A DNA stretch of 64,000 nt from Klebsormidium nitens (taxonomy: Eukaryota > Plantae > Klebsormidiophyceae). How positions within the stretch are numbered: the first letter of the stretch is position 1; the number at the start of each line of letters is the position of its first letter. The notes under the pieces are model-generated. The model searched no databases. It saw only the letters and a list, made by a program, of their open reading frames with translations, and was not told the DNA's origin. The translations under genes were made by a program, and so were the position numbers. Of the stretch, positions 24,301-36,712 are shown piece by piece. Where the stretch lies: positions 124,001-188,000 of the forward strand of contig DF236970.1 in the NCBI GenBank assembly GCA_000708835.1. The letters are read 5' to 3'.

Positions 24301-26256
24301 GGTTGCGAGTCCGGGGCAATGTTTAGAAGGTCGTAGAACCCGAGCAACCCCTGCAATTGCGCAAATGTGCAGAAAAATGGCAATGGGTCGAAATATCGAT
24401 GGGCCGTTCTCGATTGTGGGAGTGGAAACATCGAACTCGTCTACTGAAGAGCCTCGGGTGTTTTGGGGTCCCCTCAAGTCGTACAATCGATTGAACTGCG
24501 AGTCGAGCGCCCCAGAGAGTCTTGCTAGCACAGGACTCAGACTATTTCTGTGAGATGGATTTGCACAAGGACTCATCTTCAGGAATCCATCTTTGCAAGA
24601 GGAATCATCTTTTGGGGATCGGGGTTTTGCAGACTAAGATATATATACGGACTGACTTCCAATCGAAACATCCTTCCTATCCCTGACTCTGCGCAGGAAG
24701 CTCTCAACACCGGACTCGTTCATGCAAAAGTTCCTTTGGAAGCGAAACCTCACATGAAGCTCCTTGCCTGGGACCGTACTGAGATTGCTTCGTATGAACG
24801 TGGCCAGGTCAGCGGGGGTGCCAGGTGGCGGCCACCGGGCCTTCCACGCCTCAAGCAGCTTTTTGAACCTGCACAAGGAACGAGAACACAAATTAGACAA
24901 ATCTCCAGAGATGGCATCACGATTGGAAAGATGAGAAGCGGGACAGAGCTCTGAATCACAAAGTAACAAGAGAGATGGCAGTAGGACGTTGTTGAGGGAG
25001 AGAAAAACCAAGACTCGAAAAGTGAAAGCTGAAAGGGAAGAAATGATTGAGCGGAGCCAAAATTTAATAGGGCCTGGCCCATGAGGGGGTCCTGCTAGCC
25101 CTCTCAAGGTTCTTAGTATCACTGCTGTAAATTTGTGGCAGGAAAGCATGAGCCATATCTGGCTGTTCCACTCATAAAATTCTGTCTCTCGAGTCTACTC
25201 ACTATGGGGCTATCCCGCGGTGTTGATTTGGTGCTTAACCAGGTCGCTAACCCAGGGTTATGGACCAGTTAACTCACCAAAGCGCCTGAGTGCCCTTGGC
25301 GGCTTTTACGCTGCGGCTGAGCCCCTCCGGCACCTGCAGCCAATCACTTTAGTTGCTAAGGCCTGAGTTTTCAAAGTGCTCGCATTAGCAGTGGTGGACG
25401 AAATAGCTGTATTGTTAAAAGGGATTCTACACTCTGTCACGCACAGGGCAGAAGGTTGGCCTAGCCTTCACAAGCTTGGACTAGCCCCATCCAAAAGTCC
25501 AGTAGAGGAAACTTTGCCCTTTGCAGGACACCTCTGTGGCTCTTCTATGACACAGATAAGAGACGTGCCGCTTCTGTCTTGCCTAAGCATACTATGAGAT
25601 CCTTGCACTCTTCTTGCCCCCCGCCAATGCATTTGACCCTTTGTTTCATATATCAAGAATATGCATCCCCCAGATAGTCTAAAAGTCAATGAGCAGTTGA
25701 CACTCAATGCTGGCAGAGGCGTGCTTGTCTCAATGCAATGCGGAACCGTTGCTTTCACACTGGATTGTGCGCTCCTTGAGCTCACCTGTCCTGTTGTCTC
25801 AAACTGCAGCAAGTCACGGGCAACCGCTGCCACAGGGCCTTGACCAGACCCAGCATGTGCTGCCGCCGCTGCATAAGAGTATGGCGCCGCGGGATAAGAG
25901 GCTGGCGGCGCTGCATAAGCAGCTGGCGCTGGTGCATAAGAGGATGGCGGGGGACCCTGCCAAGGTGGAGGCCCTGTCTGCTGACTGTATCCATTGTGCG
26001 GTGCATTCTGTGACTGATGAGCCGGATACTGTTGTTGAGGCTGTTGCTGATACTGCTGGTTATATGGTTGTTGCTGATACTGGTGATCATACGTTTGCTG
26101 CTGATTCTGTTGATTGTATGGTTGTTGGATCTGCGGTTGAGGGAATTGCTGCTGATATTGCTGCTGCTGTTGGTACTGCAACTGCTGTTGCTTGCGCCGT
26201 TCCTCTTCTTCTTGAGAGGTGGAGGGTTTCAGGCAAGCGCTCAGCAGGTTGCCCAT
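21313..26256 (-). CDS. CAN: Ca2+-dependent staphylococcal-like nuclease (plant CAN1/CAN2 family), 454 aa
   Basis: Exons 25786-26256, 25278-25333, 24754-24868, 24201-24350, 23618-23859, 22641-22800, 22021-22089, 21313-21414 join in frame (1365 nt). Motifs: MGN N-myristoylation start, ARDLLQFETTGQVPEGL, AIADGDTVTVYV, RGIDAPE, DQYGRSVAD, AWHYSTYD, ARQARRGLW..P..PW.WR. Confidence 0.96.
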
Positions 26257-26378
26257 GGCGCATCCGAGTGGGCCAGCGTCTCAGCGGTGCAATATGCTTC
26301 TGTTTAGCAACGCACTCAAGCTGAATTAGTTGACATAAAGCGCTTGCCGGTCTTCAGCTGGATTGGGTGACTCAACAC

Positions 26379-26432
26379 CTTGCATTCGGTCTAATGCAAG
26401 CAAATGCAAGCGAATGCAAGCGAATGCAAGCG
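26379..26432. repeat. 10-bp tandem repeat (AATGCAAGCG x4) plus one inverted copy, in the CAN/panB divergent intergenic region
   Basis: Units at 26393, 26403, 26413 and 26423. CTTGCATTCG at 26379-26388 is the reverse complement. Confidence 0.85.
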
Positions 26433-27171
26433 TTCCATCCCGAGGCTTGCAGACAGGGACGCTTCGCTAGCAAGCGATTGGTCTGGGAAGATCCTGAACT
26501 GCACAGCTGGTTTCAGTATTTCAATCACGAGCTTTCTCCCCGAAGTTGAAGCCTTTTGCCAAGCACTTCAGATGCCTTTTTAATAAGCTAGGCGCCTGCT
26601 GAGTTTTGACCTTGAAACTTAGTGCCAGCGCTGCTGGCAGCGCTCACTGTGTTTTGACAACTTTCTTTTTTTGATGGGACAAAATCCGCCATTGCCGCCG
26701 GTCATGGCAACAGGAAAAGCCGGCAGCCAAGTCGCTGGAGCCTTTTGTAACTCTCGGGCTTTGTCGCCCGTAGCGCGACTCCGTCTGCTTGTACGCTTGC
26801 GAATGCCCCACGGAACCGGCTTGTTTCGGCAATCCTTCTTCTGAAAAAGTGTGAAAAATTGTAACAAGTTCTCCAGCAAACTTCTGCTCCGAGTCCAACC
26901 ATACAAGCGAGAAGGCAATGGTTTGGGGTCCATGTTTTCTCAAGGACGAGCTCCCCATGGCAACAACTTTGGGCTTTCGCTGGTGAGCACAAGACTCAAA
27001 AGCCCATCAATTGTAGTGACGCCAAGAGCCTGCTATTGCAGCAGAGGGTATGCAGAATATGCAATTGCAGGCTCTGCTTTCCCACTGGCAGCTGCTTCAG
27101 TAGGTTGCAATCAATGAGCAAAACGGCACCGTGCACTCGTCAAAGACGCTCAAGTAAGAGCTTGGGTCAGC

Positions 27172-30100
27172 ATGGTTTTGTCCTCAGGCAGTTTCGTGCT
27201 GCCACGCCTGACGCAGCGACTGTGCTGCTCCGTGCAAAGCTGCAAATCCTCTCTCAGTCTCCCAGCATTGCAGTCACAGCTAGTTCAAACTCCTGGCTTC
27301 AAGCTGAACAAACCCTCGAGCCTCTTCCAAACTCTGTTCCACACCTCTGGTGCTCATTCATTTCTTTCGCCGAAACCACACACCACACCAAAGCCTCAAT
27401 TCCAGGTTCGAAACATGTCTAACCTTCCGGAGAGTACTGTGTATGGTGGTCCCCAGTCCCCCCCAGCGCAGCGGTTCAATCTGAGGCTGCTGCAACGGAA
27501 ATACAAGGCGGGGGAACCGATCACTGTGGTCACTGCTTATGACTACCCCAGTGCTGTGCACGTTGACTCTGCGGGCATTGACTTGTGTCTGGTGAGCCAG
27601 TGGGTGTTGATTAGAAATGAGAATTATGACTGGAGTACCTAAGTTGATTCTCTGACCTATGAATTTCCAGGATGGCGGAGTAACTTACATCAAAGAAAAA
27701 TGATGACTTTTGTATGGGACAATCGAGGCGTCAATCAACCAAGAAGTCCGAGCGCCCTTGATGGTCAGATTGTAGAAACGCTTGGACCACTTTGACCCTT
27801 TGAAATTGAGGTGTGCTCGCAGCTGGAAGCCACACAGATGGATCCTGGGAGCGTTGCAGATAGATTATGAAGCACCACCACCCTTGCTGATTCTACTCTG
27901 TTATTACATGGGTTCCTTTGCCCCAGAATCACTTTGGCAAAACAGCTTTGCAGATCGCGTTGTCATTGGAAGTCTCAAAATTCCTCAATGTACTAACACC
28001 AAGTGTTATCCAAAATACGAAAACAGTCGTTGCTTGTTGTTGCTTGAATTCCTGTCATTTTGCGTTTTCAAGACGACCTCTCTGCACAGGTTGGCGATAG
28101 TGTTGGCATGGTGGTTCACGGGCATGACACCACGCTCCCTGTCACGATGGATGACATGATCCTACACTGCAAGGCGGTCGCGAGAGGGGCACGAAGACCC
28201 ATGCTCATTGGGGATTTGCCCTTTGGAAGTTACGAGCAAGGGCCGGAACAAGTAAGCCGAGCTTTACTTTCCAAGACCCAGGTTCCGAGACCTAACAATC
28301 AAACGTAATCAAGGGGAGGATGGGTCTGTTTGTGATTGACAAGCGCTTAAAGTAAGTCAAGAAGGGCTGTCAAGTCGGAAAGAAGGCGGGGCCTGAAGCG
28401 CTTCTTAGCTTTGCCTGCACCCAAGCTAGGAGTTTTGAGTGCGGGAATATGGATCTATGGGGTGAGACTTTAGACAGGTAGCACCAGGGGATTTGTGTAA
28501 TTTCTTGTAGTGAACATCGTGAAGAAGTACGGGCTCCTGAATGGACAAAGTAACCTGCGATACACTACAGTCAGTTACCCGTCCAGCTGACGGAGCGCTT
28601 CAAAACAGCGAGAAATTGTTTGATCGATGCCGCTTTTTCAATGTCTGTGCTTCTCACTCACTGTGGACAACGTGAAGACATATCTTTGATACAAGCCACC
28701 AGCTTTTAAGCCCAATGATCAGAAAGCACGTAACCTCGAAATCTACAACCAGGTTTTCCAATTTTGATGCACCAAAGCCCACCGCTTGTCAATAGTCTCC
28801 GGACACTGGAAACACCGTTGTTTTGGCTAGACTTTGCTCCGGCAGCCTTGCTTTTAAAAACTTTTTCAGCTTTCCAAAACTTTGTTTGCTCTGCACCGTA
28901 AGTATGACGGTTTTTGAACACCAAAGCTTTACTTAGCATATCAGTAGGCAACTTTATAGTTCAGCGTATACAGATTTCTCTCCGGAAAGGAGGATTCCTC
29001 ATCTCCGATTGTATAGTTGCTGCTTTAGAGCTAACTTCGTCAAAATTCCCAACTAGATTTTTGTGAGCAAACCTGTTTCGACCCCTCCCTGCAGGCCATC
29101 GCCAGCGCCACGCGCTTTCTCAAGGAGGGGGGCATGGACGCAGTCAAGTTGGAGGGGGGGCATGGCAAAAGAGTGGTCGCAGCACAAGCTTTGGCTGAGG
29201 CGGGGATCGCAGTCATGGGCCACGTGGGACTGACTCCGCAGGCGATCAGCGTACTGGGGGGGTTCCGGCCGCAGGGAAAGAGCGCCTCAACCGCGCTACA
29301 GGTGGGGCCCAGATTGCAATTATATTGTGATGCGCGGTGCGAAAAACAAGGCTACTTTTAGAGGAGACGGCCAGCCTTTCGACAAGTTGCCAGCGGACCC
29401 AGAGTTGGTGACTGCGACTTCGTGACTCTGGCTTCGAGGAACAGTGCATCGAGCGTTCTGTTCGGGGCATTTNNNNNNNNNNNNNNNNNNNNGTCCGAAT
29501 GATGAGGGCTGCTTCTCAAACCTAGTGCTTTCTGGTTTGGTTCAACCGGGAAGACGAGCTTGTTCTCGGCTTTTCCGATTGAGAGGCTGAAAAGTTGCCA
29601 AAGGCCGTATCCCACTTGTTAAGCGTGCCCCCGATTCAACTCGCACAAGCACGGAGGGCTCCGAGCTCACCACCTAGTTGCTCGTAAGCCCGTGCGATTT
29701 CCTTCATTCCTTTTCCAACTTATTTGAGCTTCTTCCTTCTTCGCTGTCTCCCTAAGCCTTCCCTCAACCCTCGCCTTGCTCTTTGCTCTTGTCCTCAAGG
29801 GCATCCCTTCCCCGGTTGCAGCCGCAGTCCCGCGCCTAAGCCCTCCTATAATCGGCCCGAATCCCGCAGGTTATGGAACATGCCCTAGCGTTACAAGGCG
29901 CCGGCTGTTTCGCTGTCGTTCTCGAGTGCATCCCCCCACCGTGGCCGCCGCGATCAACCGCTAACTCTTCCTAACCCTGCCCAAACCCGCAGGTCATGGA
30001 ACATGCCCTAGCATTACAAGACGCTGGCTGTTTTGCCGTCGTTCTCGAGTGCATACCCTCTCCGGTTGCCGCCGCAATCACGCGAGGGCTGCACATACCC

Positions 30101-32072
30101 ACCATCGGCATCGGCGCAGGGCCTCTCACGAGCGGGCAAGTACGTCTTCCGGTTTCTGACAAGTAGCAGATATACGCATTCATAGTCAAAAGAAAAAGCT
30201 TGAGCAATTGCTCTTATTTGAATTCGACATTTCTATGTCACTCAAGGGAAGCACTACTAAATTGGGCTTGCGGGTGATTGTCTCCTATTCTTTTCTAGTG
30301 CTCGACCTCTGACGGTCAGGGCTTGTCCTTGCGGATCGACATACGAAGTCGGAAGCCCCTGACAATCACACTACTGTGAGTGCTGATTGCGAGTGGCAAT
30401 TGCGGTCAAGTGACCTGCTCTTCTACGATAGGGTCGCACCCGTGTACGAAGCCTTTCAGTCTTGACTTCGCCGAAACCGGAGAAACTCGCCTGAGAATTG
30501 TATCCAACGGTGAAACAACAGCATTGACTCCGGCACACTAAACGGTTGCTTCCTGGCGGCCAACCTTTGTAAGAAGCATTCCCCTCCGTCTTGGAGCAGG
30601 TACTTTGTCGCAGATTTTGCAATTGTGTCGAAACGGAAAAGATTACTGGCAAAAGCAACGTACATCTACACGTGTCCATCCTTGATCTGCACCTCTACGT
30701 CACGTCCTGCTGACGTGGCTCTCATCTGCAGGTCCTGGTGTATCACGACTTGCTGGGGATGATGCAACACCCACACCACGCCAAGGTAAGTTTCCAAGAA
30801 TCTACAAGCTCTAAGCATCCGATAGGCACGGCATGCTCTTGAAACAAGCATAGAAGGTCACTTTTGTCGATTGATTGGACTCCGGCCCCTTTAAGTCGTC
30901 CAACGATTGTCGCTTGTGGGGATCCCTGCCACTGGCAATCCTCTAAGTTCTCTGCCGACGGTAGAATTCGTCACGACGAATGTTTATCAGGCGAGGGAGT
31001 TACCGCCCCCGCAAAAGCTTTCCACCACAGGAGACTCTGGTCCAGGAACTCGTTCTTTGTCAGTACGCCGAAAGATTGTCTGCTGACTATAAGCCCCTCT
31101 CTACGCCCTTGATTCAACCATTTGGCAAATTTCTAGGTTCTCCTGGCGCTTTCCGTATCCTTGTGTCCACTGTTTTGCGGAAAACGAGACGTGTTCGTTG
31201 AATTGATTTCCAGAACCTGTTATTCTCTCCGGCCCTCGCTCTCCTACCGGTCCTCGTTGAAGACTCGTGCCGCTTAAAGGTCTCAGCAGTCTCGGGAAAA
31301 AGTTAGATACTGAAGGCATGAAAGCTCAGAGAATTATGCAGCCCGAAACAGGTAGAAAACCCTGAAGCTTGTGAACTTGCAACCGACAAACCTAAGTTCC
31401 TCTTGACCCATTTGTTCTTCCAGGTGACGCCCAAGTTTTGCAAGCAATACGCAAATGTCGGAGCAGTCATTGGGGCTGCGCTAGTCGACTACCGAAACGA
31501 GGTGTCCAGCCGAGCCTTCCCGTCCCCAGCGCACACCGCATACAGGTGCGTTTTTCGTCAGTACAGAGCCGGTTGTTGCTGAGTGCAGAGGGCGTAATAC
31601 GCAATACAGTCGCCATTTTGTATGTTGCGTTGCAACAAATTGTTCTGGAGACCTACGCCGCGCGGAGTTGCTCGGTATAAGACATCAGTGACATGCAGTC
31701 CTTAAAAGCGGTTGCGTTGCACCTTCTCTTGCGAGAGCCGCGCCGCACACGATTGCTCGGTGCAGAACACGGTAACAGATCACTTCTCCCCGCTGGTTTG
31801 CCTCGTATTCATATTTTTCTGACGAGAATATATTAATGAAAGCATGCGAGAACAAGGCGGCAACCAAAATTGAGCCATGGTTTACATCCTTGGACAAATC
31901 GATGGCTGACCTCCGTCCATTCGTTCACAGGATTGACCCGGAACAGGCCCAAAGCTTCGAACGAGAGCTGAGAGAACGAGGCCTCACGGCTGCTGCAGAG
32001 GCGGCCGCCGAGGCCCAAGTGAGGGATCTAACAGCAGGGGAACCACGGTTCAAAACGCAGGCCATGGACTAA
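27172..32072 (+). CDS. panB: 3-methyl-2-oxobutanoate hydroxymethyltransferase (ketopantoate hydroxymethyltransferase), organellar, 417 aa
   Basis: Exons 27172-27591, 28090-28251, 29095-29301, 29993-30139, 30732-30785, 31424-31545, 31931-32072 are in frame. Motifs: [52 protein letters not shown]-terminal transit-peptide-like extension. Confidence 0.97.
29473..29492. other. Assembly gap (20 N) in panB intron 3
   Basis: Run of N. No panB coding sequence appears to be missing. Confidence 0.99.
29750..29992 (+). repeat. Two ghost copies (~120-bp period) of the panB exon-4 acceptor junction
   Basis: 29870 reads cgcag|GTTATGGAACATGCCCTAGCG.. versus live 29993 cgcag|GTCATGGAACATGCCCTAGCA... A more decayed unit lies near 29775-29835. 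Confidence 0.9.
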
Positions 32073-33447
32073 TGTGAATGATTCACCGTTATCTTGTGTA
32101 TGAGAAGATCCACGGTCTATGTACTTTTGCGTTGGTACCAAATCGGTCGAATCCGAATAGGAATCGCTTCGAAGGCGCCCAGTACAAGCGAGGAAGATAT
32201 CCATATGTTACGATATTCTAGGTCGTCTCCTTCTCAGAATAATTGAGGTATCAATGATGCGCGTCATGTCAACAGCACTGGCATGTCAGGTTGTTTGATG
32301 GATCATCTTGTGTAGCCTGTTGCGATTATAAGCACAAGCCAAAGTTGACAGCGCTTACCGCCGTTAGCATACCTGCAGCCTCTGTGGCCGATCATGGTGA
32401 GACTAACATCGAGGTGCAAAGGTTATCTCGACCATCTTGCAAGTTCCCGCTTGATTTTTTGTCTGACTGCATTGGTGCGCCGTGGCTTGCTGCATGCAGC
32501 AAGGTACTAAGGTAGCCCCTCTAAGAAAAACCCTTGCGCAAAGCGCTATTACCTTTATAATGGCGTCCAGAATAGCTTGATCAATCGGGGCCCTAGTACT
32601 GCCTAGCTAGTACCTACCACCCTGCAATGGCATGTTAGCTGAAAATGGAAATATGTGAACGGACTGGGGCCGCCATCATCATGATTAATCACTGGTTTCG
32701 CCGTTAACCGGCGCCACATTGCAACCCAAGGCAGCCAGAAGAAACCGGTTATACCTACCGAGTATATTTCTGTAGTTATAAACATGCTCGGTTTGGCTCT
32801 CCGTTCATCTGTTCTGCAAAAGACCCGCGCTCCGAGTTTCGGTACGCAGCAATGCCGGTTTGCGGAACCGGAATAAGAATGGAAGTTCTGCTTCTAGCTG
32901 CATATGACTCGATCTGAGCTTCTTGCTCGCCATTGCAGCTCTGGCTGCTCAAGCTGAAGCCAGTGAAGGGCGGAGCTAGCTTTGGACCTGAAGGCGCGCT
33001 AAGCTCCTGCAGAGCTCTGATTGTTTCATCCGGACGCTTGCACCTCATGCAGACGGGGTCCCAAGTCTTAGGCTTCACAAGGAGGGGGTTCTTCCTGACC
33101 TCGCAAGGTCACAAACAAGCGGTCTGCAAATTAGAACAGACGCATTGCTCTTGGGAGAAGACAGCCTCAAGGCCAGCATTCTCAAAAGTGTGGAAGCTCA
33201 CTGTCCAATGCTAACCCTTTTGGGGTGAGAGCAACCGCTCTTGAGCCTCTGGGGCACATCTTCTGGAGGTGTGTTCGGCCCTCCTGGCAGAAAAGCGGCG
33301 CAAGTAGCAACCGATAGAAACACGGTGTCTGCGGCCCTGTTGCAATACCTGCTGGGCAAGAGGGGGTCACGCAGAGGCCCCCCTCGCCCCTCCGCCCAGG
33401 GCGCCAGCATTTATCAGCAGTATGACTGGTCACCTTATCCTTCCTGG

Positions 33448-36400
33448 ATGGGGCCAGTCATTGAACAGCCTGCTGAGGCGCCGCAACCAGAAGCTGCTCC
33501 GAGTGCGCTGCAAAACCAGGTGCACAATTCATCGGAAACCCTAATCCAGGCTCGGGGCCAAGATCATAATGCGCCGAATCCTGGGGTTCCGGTCAGCCAA
33601 AGCTTCAGCAGGGAGAGTTCTTTTCGGAATGCGGACAGCTGGAGGGAAGCGCAGGCGTTTGTCCAGGTATCACTCACATCAGGAATCAGGCCACATGTCC
33701 CGCCGAGCATTGGGTACAGGGCCCTGTGGCCGTCGGACCTGGGGACGCTGCAGGCGATGCACGAGGCCCTGTTTCCAATCAAGTAAGCACTTGATTGTCT
33801 AACTTCTAGAGTGATTTGAGACCAACTTGATGGGACTAAATTCTGAGGTCATTAGAGACACCACCTGTCTTGTGCCCCAATCGCTCCTGCCTTTAGCGGG
33901 CATCTTTACGAGGAACAGTGGGATGAGAGTACACCACCCGACGTCACGATCGACATAGTCTCAAGTAAAATGAGCAACTCCACCGGGCTTGCGTACTTTC
34001 CTTCCCTTGCATCAGCTTCTCCAGGTTTGCAGAAACAAAGGAGAATCCTTCTGTATTTGATTGGGGCTGTGCGTTCAAAAACAGCAAGCACTGAGCTGAG
34101 AAGTGGATGAGATGTTGAGTTACATGCACTTGTCCATTCAGGGCTCCCGGCATGAAAGAAGGGAATTGCTTCAAGGTGATTCGATTCGCAGCTTAACATA
34201 TTGAAGCAGATTCTGAAACATCAAGAGTCCTAGCAAACAATTCCCCCATCTGTGTTACCAATCAAAGCAGGCTATCAGACTCAGGTGACCGAAATGAATC
34301 CATCACCCAACGATTGTCCTGTCGATTTGAAACAGGTATGAAGCGGACTTTTTCAACAACGCAGTGACTGGCCGGGGCATCATCTCATGGGCTGCGGTTG
34401 ACCGCAGCAGAGGTGGGACGGAGACAGGGCAACTGATTGGGTTTGTAACAGCCAAGGTTGTAACATCTGGCGATCCAGAAGTTCAAGTGAGTCAAAAGGG
34501 CTACACATGCCGCTGCGGTTTTCGACAAGTATCTCAGCATTGTCCGTTGATTGTTTGCAACTCCCGCAAGCTGGCTTCTCAGCATTATGGTTTGAATCAG
34601 CACTTTGAGAGATCCGCTAAAGAGACGATGAACGGTGACTGTTTTTCTTGTTCTCTTGAAAAGGTTCGGTCAAAAGATCTGTTTTCTTGTTATGCTAGAA
34701 ACCTTGGTGCAACAATGATTTCTCAATTCTAATGGTGACCTCGCTTGTAGGTGTCAGATATTGCTGGTCATGTCAAAACTTCTAAAACAAGATCTGTGCA
34801 AAGGATTTTCCGCAACTCGAATGATGACCTCAATTGCAGGAGTCAGATATTCTTGCCTTCGAGCTGAAGAATGCGAACCAGACCATGATCTACATCCTAA
34901 CACTCGGGATTGCCAAGCCCTATCGAAACCTCGGGATTGGTAAGCAGCGGAAGCCCCTCTTCTCTCATCCAGGCAGACACTCAGCTCAAGCGGGCTCTTC
35001 TTGTAAGTTGCTGAGTACTACTTGCCCTGAAAGCTGGCGACTTTGACCAACAAACAAAGGGTTGAGTTTGGGATCGATATCTTTGTTGAGTCGAGTATCT
35101 CAAAGCAAAAGGTCGGCAAGTTCGAGTGCAAATCTGCACGAAGTCAAGCCAGGATGACGTCGCAGTTGGTTAGCTACCTGGCAGATTGCAAGTCAGGTTT
35201 CGGTCGGTTGTAATCAGGATTGAAGGCTCGACTTCTAGCATCTGCGGATTATAAGAGTCGTCGCTCCTGACCCGGACTTTATGAAGTCGGCTTCCCATCA
35301 GGTCCAACGATCGTGAGCCTGTCTACCAGTCTACTCAGCCCCAAACTGCTCCGACATAAAAGTGGCTCAGACTCATCAAAGTGTCTGCACACGATCACCC
35401 GTTAGCAAGCCTGAACGTTACTGACTTCCCACTTTTTTAATATACGAATCTTTAGGATCTTAGCCAATTCTTTTCTTCCTCCAATCTAAGGGAAGGGTTT
35501 CCGTTGTGAGCAATGAAAATGATCCGTCGATTGTCTTAAAGACGGAGTTGCTGAGAGTGGTTCATTCTGCCTCTTGCAGTCCGGATGCTTGCGCGGCAAT
35601 TGTTACATCACGCAAAGTGCTCACCCCTCGTCGCACACGTGTAAAATTCAGGGCAAGCATCATGCAAGCTAATGCTAAGTCCCCCCTTTCCCTCTCTCCC
35701 GTGCAGCGTCGACGCTTATCTGGCAAGTCATCCAGCACGCCTCTGCCGCTCCGCTCTGCAAGGCGGTCTTCCTCCACGTGATTGACTACAACACGAGCGG
35801 AATCATGTTCTACAAGCGGAACGGCTTCCAGTGCATACGGCGGCTAGCCTCCTTCTACCAAATCAACTCGCAGTTCTACGACGCGTTTCTCTACGTGTAC
35901 TATGTCAACGGAGGAAGCCCTCCTTACTCGCCATTGTGAGTGGCTGGTCCAATTCAAGGTTGCTGTGCACAGGATGGATCCGAAGGGCCGGGGTTCTCGT
36001 CCTAGAAGGTCTGAAAGGGGCTCGTCAAAGTTGATGAACTCTGTGCGGTGTCTTAGCTCCCTCATTGCTTGCGATGACGTGCCTGCTGCTTGACTCGACT
36101 GGCGTTTGCTTCCGCTTTCGAAAAAGCTGGCTACTGTAGTCAAGTCCTCAGAAGTGGGAGCTGCACTAGCCTTTGAATTCGATTCGCAAGAGGATTATGA
36201 AGCACGTTGCAAGGCGTATACCTATTGTCTGTATGACGGCATCTTAACTACTATTTGAGCCAGTGCGCATCATCTTCCTCCGTCTGCTGATCAAGCGTCT
36301 CCGAGGGCAACATTCTCCACTTTCTATCAACACTTCTTTTCGTTTCAGCATTATCCATTGCCGGTAGCAAAATCAGTACCGTAGGTACTCTTGCGGATTC

Positions 36401-36712
36401 AGTCGTACTCACTGCACCAGGTCGCTGTATGAAGGCACGTTGGAACTGCTTCTCTCTTGTCACTGATAGGGTAATCTGCACGAATGACCAGAACACCTCG
36501 CTCGGTACCGTCTGACTTTTGAAAGCGTTTGCAGGGGCCTCTTCATGCTGGCGGGGTCCTATCTCAAGAGCCTGTGCGTAAACGTCGGATCTTATATCCT
36601 CGATCTACGGAACAGTGTTGGCGACAAGCGGAGCAAGTGGAGGGTTTTCTGTGGACCCTTCAACAGTAGGAGTTTGGTAAGACAGCTTCCGAGTGCCCAT
36701 GCTTCAGTCTAG
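33448..36712 (+). CDS. NAA60: N-alpha-acetyltransferase 60 (NatF, GNAT); start codon uncertain
   Basis: Exons ~33448-33782, 34336-34486, 34840-34939, 35707-35935, 36535-36712 are in frame. Motifs: LFPIKYE.DFF, IISWAAVDRS, IGFVTA, IYILTLGI..PYRNLGIA, VFLHVI.YN, FY.IN..YDAFLYVYYVNG. Confidence 0.92.

Noticed and set aside
25707-26324. 205-aa plus-strand ORF (and the L-rich 26017-26307 ORF)
   Set aside because: Antisense shadow of the CAG/CAA-rich CAN exon 1.
35972-36093. Nearby sequence as the NAA60 last exon
   Set aside because: It would need a ~36-nt intron. The 36535-36712 exon has a stronger acceptor and better matches the plant NAA60 C-terminus (..KW..C).
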